From Eledone cirrhosa (Eukaryota), in NCBI GenBank assembly GCA_964016885.1, contig OZ024741.1:24924001-24988000 (forward strand): a stretch of 64,000 nt of DNA, in the 5' to 3' direction. Shown piece after piece: positions 55,200 to 64,000 of this stretch. The stretch's first letter is position 1. Every line of letters starts with the position of its first letter. Under the pieces are notes generated by a model, which ran no database searches, was not told the origin of the DNA, and saw nothing but the letters and a program-made list of their open reading frames with translations. Position numbers and translations under genes: made by a program.

Positions 55200-58100
55200 A
55201 ATGAAAGGGTTAAACAACATAGACAGTGTCTTTTATTAGAAATAGGGTAATGAAAGGGTTAAACAACATAGACAGTGTCTTTTATTAGAAATATGATAAT
55301 GAAAGGGTTAAACAACATAGACAGTGTCTTTTGTTAGAAATATGATAATGAAAGGGTTAAACAACATAGACAGTGTCTTTTATTAGAAATATGGTAATGA
55401 AAGGGTTAAACAACATAGACAGTGTCTTTTATTAGAAATATGGTAATGAAAGGGTTAAACAACATAGATAGTGTCTTTTATTAGAAATATGGTAATGAAA
55501 GGGTTAAACAACATAGACAGTGTCTTTTATTAGCAATATGGTAATGAAAGGGTTAAACAACATAGACAGTGTCTTTTATTAGAAATATGGTAATGAAAGG
55601 GTTAAACAACATAGACAGTATCTTTTATTAGAAATATGGTAATGAAAGGGTTAAACAACATAGACAGTGTCTTTTATTAGAAATATGGTAATGAAAGGGT
55701 TAAACAACATAGACAGTGTCTTTTATTAGCAATATGGTAATGAAAGGGTTAAACAACATAGAGAGTGTCTTTTATTAGAAATATGGTAATGAAAGGGTTA
55801 AACAACATAGACAGTGTTTTTTATTAGAAATATGGTAATGAAAGGTTTAAACAACATAGACAGTGTCTTTTATTAGAAATATGGTAATGAAAGCGTTAAA
55901 CAACATAGACAGTGTCTTTTATTAGAAATGTGGTAATGAAAGTGTTAAACAACATAGACAGTATCTTTTATTAGAAATGTGGTAATGAAAGTGTTAAACA
56001 ACATAGACAGTATCTTTTATTAGAAATGTGGTAATGAAAGGGATAAAAAACATAGACAGTGTCTTTTATTAGAAATATGGTAATGAAAGTGTTAAACAAC
56101 ATAGACAGTGTCTTTTATTAGAAATATGGTAATGAAAGGGTTAAACAACATAGATAGTGTCTTTCATTAGAAATATGGTAATGAAAGGGTTAAATTACAT
56201 AGGCAGTGTCTTCTATTAGAAATATGATAATGAAAGGGTTAAACAACATAGACAGTGTCTTTTATTAGAAATATGGTAATGAAAGTGTTAAACAACATAG
56301 ACAGTGTCTTGTATTAGAAATATGGTAATAAAAGTGTTGAACAACATAGACAGTGTCTTTTATTAGAAATATGGTAATGAAAGGGTTAAACAACATAGAC
56401 AGTGTCTTTTATTAGAAATATGGTAATGAAAGGGTTAAACAACATAGACAGTGTCTTTTATTAGAAATATGGTAATGAAAGGTTTAAACAACATAGACAG
56501 TGTGTTTTATTAGAAATATGGTAATGAAAGGGTTAAACAACATAGACAGTGTCTTTTATTAGAAATATGGTAATGAAAGGGTTAAACAACATAGACAGTG
56601 TCTTTTATTAGAAATATGGTAATGAAAGATTTAAACAACATAGACAGTGTGTTTTATTAGAAATATGGTAATGAAAGGGTTAAACAACATGGACAGTGTC
56701 TTTTATTAGAAATATGATAATGAAAGGGTTAAAAAACATAGACAGTGTCTTGTATTAGAAATATGGTAATGAAAGGGTTAAACAACATAGACAGTGTCTT
56801 TTGTTAGAAATATGGTAATGAAAGTGTTAAACAACATAGACAGTGTCTTTTATTAGAAATGTGGTAATGAAAGTGTTAAACAACATAGACAGTATCTTTT
56901 ATTAGAAATGTGGTAATGAAAGTGTTAAACAACATAGACAGTATCTTTTATTAGAAATGTGGTAATGAAAGGGATAAAAAACATAGACAGTGTCTTTTAT
57001 TAGAAATATGGTAATGAAAGTGTTAAACAACATAGACAGTGTCTTTTATTAGAAATATGGTAATGAAAGGGTTAAACAACATAGATAGTTTCTTTCATTA
57101 GAAATATGGTAATGAAAGGGTTAAATTACATAGGCAGTGTCTTCTATTAGAAATATGATAATGAAAGGGTTAAACAACATAGACAGTGTCTTTTATTAGA
57201 AATATGGTAATGAAAGTGTTAAACAACATAGACAGTGTCTTGTATTAGAAATATGGTAATAAAAGTGTTGAACAACATAGACAGTGTCTTTTATTAGAAA
57301 TATGGTAATGAAAGGGTTAAACAACATAGACAGTGTCTTTTATTAGAAATATGGTAATGAAAGATTTAAACAACATAGACAGTGTGTTTTATTAGAAATA
57401 TGGTAATGAAAGTGTTAAACAACATAGACAGTGTCTTTTATTAGAAATGTGGTAATGAAAGTGTTAAACAACATAGACAGTATCTTTTATTAGAAATGTG
57501 GTAATGAAAGTGTTAAACAACATAGACAGTATCTTTTATTAGAAATGTGGTAATGAAAGGGATAAAAAACATAGACAGTGTCTTTTATTAGAAATATGGT
57601 AATGAAAGTGTTAAACAACATAGACAGTGTCTTTTATTAGAAATATGGTAATGAAAGGGTTAAACAACATAGACAGTGTGTTTTATTAGACATATGGTAA
57701 TGAAAGGGTTAAACAACATAGACAGTGTCTTTTATTAGATATAGGGTAATGAAAGTGTTAAACAACATAGACAGTGTCTTGTATTAGAAATATGGTAATG
57801 AAAGTGTTAAACAACATAGACAGTGTCTTTTATTAGAAATATGGTAATGAAAGGGTTAAACAACATAGACAGTGTCTTTTATTAGAAATATGGTAATGAA
57901 AGGGTTAAACAACATAGACAGTGTCTTTTATTAGAAATATGGTAATGAAAGGTTTAAACAACATAGACAGTGTGTTTTATTAGAAATATGGTAATGAAAG
58001 GGTTAAACAACATAGACAGTGTCTTTTATTAGAAATATGGTAATGAAAGGGTTAAACAACATAGACAGTGTCTTTTATTAGAAATATGGTAATGAATGAT

Positions 58101-61000
58101 TTAAACAACATAGACAGTGTGTTTTATTAGAAATATGGTAATGAAAGGGTTAAACAACATGGACAGTGTCTTTTATTAGAAATATGATAATGAAAGGGTT
58201 AAAAAACATAGACAGTGTCTTGTATTAGAAATATGGTAATGAAAGGGTTAAACAACATAGACAGTGTCTTTTATTGGAAATATGATAATGAAAGGGTTAA
58301 ACAACATAGACAGTGTCTTTTATTAGAAATATGGTAATGAAAGGGTTAAACAACATGGACAGTGTCTTTTATTAGAAATATGGTAATGAAAGGGTTAAAC
58401 AACATAGACAGTGTCTTTTATTAGAAATATGATAATGAAAGGGTTAAACAACATAGACAGTGTCTTTTATTAGATATAGGGTAATGAAAGGGTTAAACAA
58501 CATAGACAGTGTCTTTTTTTAGAAATATGGTAATGAAAGGATTAAACAACATAGACAGTGTCTTTTATTAGAAATATGGTAATGAAAGGGTTTAACAACA
58601 TAAACAGTATCTTTTATTAGAAATGTGGTAATGAAAGGGTTAAACAACATAGACAGTGTCTTTTATTAGAAATATGATAATGAAACGGTTAAACAACATA
58701 GAGAGTGTCTTTTATTAGAAATATGGTAATGAAAGGGTTAAACAACATAGACAGTGTTTTTTATTAGAAATATGGTAATGAAAGGTTTAAACAACATAGA
58801 CAGTGTCTTTTATTAGAAATATGGTAATGAAAGGGTTAAACAACATAGACTGTGTCTTTTATTAGAAATATGGTAATGAAAGGGTTAAACAACATAGACA
58901 GTGTCTTTTATTAGAAATAGGGTAATGAAAGGGTTAAACAACATAGACAGTGTCTTTTATTAGAAATATGATAATGAAAGGGTTAAACAACATAGACAGT
59001 GTCTTTTGTTAGAAATATGATAATGAAAGGGTTAAACAACATAGACAGTGTCTTTTATTAGAAATATGGTAATGAAAGGGTTAAACAACATAGACAGTGT
59101 CTTTTATTAGAAATATGGTAATGAAAGGGTTAAACAACATAGATAGTGTCTTTTATTAGAAATATGGTAATGAAAGGGTTAAACAACATAGACAGTGTCT
59201 TTTATTAGCAATATGGTAATGAAAGGGTTAAACAACATAGACAGTGTCTTTTATTAGAAATATGGTAATGAAAGGGTTAAACAACATAGACAGTATCTTT
59301 TATTAGAAATATGGTAATGAAAGGGTTAAACAACATAGACAGTGTCTTTTATTAGAAATATGGTAATGAAAGGGTTAAACAACATAGACAGTGTCTTTTA
59401 TTAGCAATATGGTAATGAAAGGGTTAAACAACATAGAGAGTGTCTTTTATTAGAAATATGGTAATGAAAGGGTTAAACAACATAGACAGTGTTTTTTATT
59501 AGAAATATGGTAATGAAAGGTTTAAACAACATAGACAGTGTCTTTTATTAGAAATATGGTAATGAAAGCGTTAAACAACATAGACAGTGTCTTTTATTAG
59601 AAATGTGGTAATGAAAGTGTTAAACAACATAGACAGTATCTTTTATTAGAAATGTGGTAATGAAAGTGTTAAACAACATAGACAGTATCTTTTATTAGAA
59701 ATGTGGTAATGAAAGGGATAAAAAACATAGACAGTGTCTTTTATTAGAAATATGGTAATGAAAGTGTTAAACAACATAGACAGTGTCTTTTATTAGAAAT
59801 ATGGTAATGAAAGGGTTAAACAACATAGATAGTGTCTTTCATTAGAAATATGGTAATGAAAGGGTTAAATTACATAGGCAGTGTCTTCTATTAGAAATAT
59901 GATAATGAAAGGGTTAAACAACATAGACAGTGTCTTTTATTAGAAATATGGTAATGAAAGTGTTAAACAACATAGACAGTGTCTTGTATTAGAAATATGG
60001 TAATAAAAGTGTTGAACAACATAGACAGTGTCTTTTATTAGAAATATGGTAATGAAAGGGTTAAACAACATAGACAGTGTCTTTTATTAGAAATATGGTA
60101 ATGAAAGGTTTAAACAACATAGACAGTGTGTTTTATTAGAAATATGGTAATGAAAGGGTTAAACAACATAGACAGTGTCTTTTATTAGAAATATGGTAAT
60201 GAAAGGGTTAAACAACATAGACAGTGTCTTTTATTAGAAATATGGTAATGAAAGATTTAAACAACATAGACAGTGTGTTTTATTAGAAATATGGTAATGA
60301 AAGGGTTAAACAACATGGACAGTGTCTTTTATTAGAAATATGATAATGAAAGGGTTAAAAAACATAGACAGTGTCTTGTATTAGAAATATGGTAATGAAA
60401 GGGTTAAACAACATAGACAGTGTCTTTTGTTAGAAATATGGTAATGAAAGTGTTAAACAACATAGACAGTGTCTTTTATTAGAAATGTGGTAATGAAAGT
60501 GTTAAACAACATAGACAGTATCTTTTATTAGAAATGTGGTAATGAAAGTGTTAAACAACATAGACAGTATCTTTTATTAGAAATGTGGTAATGAAAGGGA
60601 TAAAAAACATAGACAGTGTCTTTTATTAGAAATATGGTAATGAAAGTGTTAAACAACATAGACAGTGTCTTTTATTAGAAATATGGTAATGAAAGGGTTA
60701 AACAACATAGATAGTGTCTTTCATTAGAAATATGGTAATGAAAGGGTTAAATTACATAGGCAGTGTCTTCTATTAGAAATATGATAATGAAAGGGTTAAA
60801 CAACATAGACAGTGTCTTTTATTAGAAATATGGTAATGAAAGTGTTAAACAACATAGACAGTGTCTTGTATTAGAAATATGGTAATAAAAGTGTTGAACA
60901 ACATAGACAGTGTCTTTTATTAGAAATATGGTAATGAAAGGGTTAAACAACATAGACAGTGTCTTTTATTAGAAATATGGTAATGAAAGATTTAAACAAC
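55200..61000. repeat. Segment repeated at a 75/74-monomer offset
   Basis: TAGCAATATG 55534/59209 and AAATTACATAGGC 56195/59870 (offset 3675), then 57126/60752 (offset 3626). Confidence 0.8.
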
Positions 61001-62189
61001 ATAGACAGTGTGTTTTATTAGAAATATGGTAATGAAAGGGTTAAACAACATGGACAGTGTCTTTTATTAGAAATATGATAATGAAAGGGTTAAAAAACAT
61101 AGACAGTGTCTTTTATTAGAAATATGGTAATGAAAGTGTTAAACAACATAGACAGTGTCTTTTGTTAGAAATATGGTAATGAAAGTGTTAAACAACATAG
61201 ACAGTGTCTTTTATTAGAAATGTGGTAATGAAAGTGTTAAACAACATAGACAGTATCTTTTATTAGAAATGTGGTAATGAAAGTGTTAAACAACATAGAC
61301 AGTATCTTTTATTAGAAATGTGGTAATGAAAGGGATAAAAAACATAGACAGTGTCTTTTATTAGAAATATGGTAATGAAAGTGTTAAACAACATAGACAG
61401 TGTCTTTTATTAGAAATATGGTAATGAAAGGGTTAAACAACATAGATAGTGTCTTTCATTAGAAATATGGTAATGAAAGGGTTAAATTACATAGGCAGTG
61501 TCTTCTATTAGAAATATGATAATGAAAGGGTTAAACAACATAGACAGTGTCTTTTATTAGAAATATGGTAATGAAAGTGTTAAACAACATAGACAGTGTC
61601 TTGTATTAGAAATATGGTAATAAAAGTGTTGAACAACATAGACAGTGTCTTTTATTAGAAATATGGTAATGAAAGGGTTAAACAACATAGACAGTGTCTT
61701 TTATTAGAAATATGGTAATGAAAGGGTTAAACAACATAGACAGTGTCTTTTATTAGAAATATGGTAATGAAAGGTTTAAACAACATAGACAGTGTGTTTT
61801 ATTAGAAATATGGTAATGAAAGGGTTAAACAACATAGACAGTGTCTTTTATTAGAAATATGGTAATGAAAGGGTTAAACAACATAGACAGTGTCTTTTAT
61901 TAGAAATATGGTAATGAAAGATTTAAACAACATAGACAGTGTGTTTTATTAGAAATATGGTAATGAAAGGGTTAAACAACATGGACAGTGTCTTTTATTA
62001 GAAATATGATAATGAAAGGGTTAAAAAACATAGACAGTGTCTTGTATTAGAAATATGGTAATGAAAGGGTTAAACAACATAGACAGTGTCTTTTATTGGA
62101 AATATGATAATGAAAGGGTTAAACAACATAGACAGTGTCTTTTATTAGAAATATGGTAATGAAAGGGTTAAACAACATGGACAGTGTCT

Positions 62190-63280
62190 TTTATTAGAAA
62201 TATGGTAATGAAAGGGTTAAACAACATAGACAGTGTCTTTTATTAGAAATATGATAATGAAAGGTTTAAACAACATAGACAGTGTCTTTTATTAGATATA
62301 GGGTAATGAAAGGGTTAAACAACATAGACAGTGTCTTTTTTTAGAAATATGGTAATGAAAGGATTAAACAACATAGACAGTGTCTTTTATTAGAAATATG
62401 GTAATGAAAGGGTTTAACAACATAAACAGTATCTTTTATTAGAAATGTGGTAATGAAAGGGTTAAACAACATAGACAGTGTCTTTTATTAGAAATATGAT
62501 AATGAAACGGTTAAACAACATAGAGAGTGTCTTTTATTAGAAATATGGTAATGAAAGGGTTAAACAACATAGACAGTGTTTTTTATTAGAAATATGGTAA
62601 TGAAAGGTTTAAACAACATAGACAGTGTCTTTTATTAGAAATATGGTAATGAAAGCATTAAACAACATAGACAGTGTCTTTTATTAGCAATATGGTAATG
62701 AAAGGGTTAAACAACATAGACAGTGTCTTTTATTAGAAATATGGTAATGAAAGGGTTAAACAACATAGACAGTGTCTTTTATTAGAAATATGATAATGAA
62801 AGGGTTAAACAACATAGACAGTGTCTTTTATTAGATATAGGGTAATGAAAGGGTTAAACAACATAGACAGTGTCTTTTTTTAGAAATATGGTAATGAAAG
62901 GATTAAACAACATAGACAGTGTCTTTTATTAGAAATATGGTAATGAAAGGGTTTAACAACATAAACAGTATCTTTTATTAGAAATGTGGTAATGAAAGGG
63001 TTAAACAACATAGACAGTGTCTTTTATTAGAAATATGATAATGAAACGGTTAAACAACATAGAGAGTGTCTTTTATTAGAAATATGGTAATGAAAGGGTT
63101 AAACAACATAGACAGTGTTTTTTATTAGAAATATGGTAATGAAAGGTTTAAACAACATAGACAGTGTCTTTTATTAGAAATATGGTAATGAAAGCGTTAA
63201 ACAACATAGACAGTGTCTTTTATTAGCAATATGGTAATGAAAGGGTTAAACAACATAGACAGTGTCTTTTATTAGAAATA
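62190..63280. repeat. 11-monomer (539-bp) duplication
   Basis: GTGTCTTTTTTTAG 62331/62870 is offset 539 = 11x49, with the same ordered series of downstream variants. Confidence 0.85.
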
Positions 63281-64000
63281 TGGTAATGAAAGGGTTAAAC
63301 AACATAGACAGTGTCTTTTATTAGAAATATGGTAATGCAAGAGTTAAACAACATAGACAGTGTCTTTTATTAGAAATATGGTAATGAAAGGGTTAAACAA
63401 CATAGATAGTGTCTTTCATTAGAAATATGGTAATGAAAGTGTTAAACAACATAGACAGTGTCTTTTGTTAGAAATATGGTAATGAAAGTGTTAAACAACA
63501 TAGACAGTGTCTTTTATTAGAAATGTGGTAATGAAAGTGTTAAACAACATAGACAGTATCTTTTATTAGAAATGTGGTAATGAAAGTGTTAAACAACATA
63601 GACAGTATCTTTTATTAGAAATGTGGTAATGAAAGGGATAAAAAACATAGACAGTGTCTTTTATTAGAAATATGGTAATGAAAGTGTTAAACAACATAGA
63701 CAGTGTCTTTTATTAGAAATATGGTAATGAAAGGGTTAAACAACATAGATAGTGTCTTTCATTAGAAATATGGTAATGAAAGGGTTAAATTACATAGGCA
63801 GTGTCTTCTATTAGAAATATGATAATGAAAGGGTTAAACAACATAGACAGTGTCTTTTATTAGAAATATGGTAATGAAAGTGTTAAACAACATAGACAGT
63901 GTCTTGTATTAGAAATATGGTAATAAAAGTGTTGAACAACATAGACAGTGTCTTTTATTAGAAATATGGTAATGAAAGGGTTAAACAACATAGACAGTGT

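Larger units (their letters stand above)
1..64000. repeat. 49-bp tandem satellite array, about 1,300 monomers, extending beyond both window edges
   Basis: Consensus GTGTCTTTTATTAGAAATATGGTAATGAAAGGGTTAAACAACATAGACA recurs with period 49 from base 1 to 64000. Most monomers have 0-3 substitutions and indels are rare. No non-repeat sequence seen. Confidence 0.99.

Noticed and set aside
1-64000. CRISPR array
   Set aside because: No unique spacers: the full 49 bp is repeated head-to-tail. No leader or cas genes in the window.
1-64000. Long repeat-protein CDS, including a minus-strand frame that would be open if TAA encoded Gln (ciliate-type code)
   Set aside because: In the standard code, stops occur every 23 codons or fewer on both strands. 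The unit is not a multiple of 3, indels of 19, 4 and 1 bp are tolerated, and nothing suggests an alternative genetic code.
1-64000. Canonical telomere tract or G-quadruplex array
   Set aside because: Only one GGG run per 49 bp and no tandem hexamers.
1-64000. Embedded transposon, inversion or unique island
   Set aside because: None seen on reading through. Every line fits the 49-bp monomer in one orientation, although a very short insertion could be missed by eye.
1-64000. Single fixed higher-order repeat as in human alpha satellite, or a CENP-B box
   Set aside because: Periods change along the array (6 to 117 monomers). The consensus has no CpG, so it cannot contain the canonical CENP-B box.

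Overview
The whole 64-kb window is one uninterrupted head-to-tail satellite array of a 49-bp monomer, consensus GTGTCTTTTATTAGAAATATGGTAATGAAAGGGTTAAACAACATAGACA (A20/T15/G10/C4, about 29% GC, no CpG), with about 1,300 copies. All copies are in the same orientation, and I saw no unique sequence, inversion or inserted element. No protein-coding gene, RNA gene or CRISPR array can be supported. The information lies in the pattern of variant monomers, which shows nested local tandem duplications of many sizes (6, 9, 11, 14, 19, 23, 33, 39, 43, 70, 75, 76, 96 and 116-117 monomers) instead of one fixed higher-order repeat. It also shows two different but equal-sized 19-bp deletion variants that travel together, and a divergent monomer block confined to positions beyond 16 kb. 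The monomer carries an 11-bp dyad (AGACAGTGTCT) and an AAAGGGTTAA motif resembling a piggyBac-type terminus or a single telomeric hexamer. The array looks like eukaryotic satellite DNA (centromeric, pericentromeric or subtelomeric), but the organism and family cannot be determined from sequence alone. I found no evidence of a novel gene-encoded system. Periods were measured by eye from diagnostic variants, so block boundaries are approximate to 1-3 monomers.
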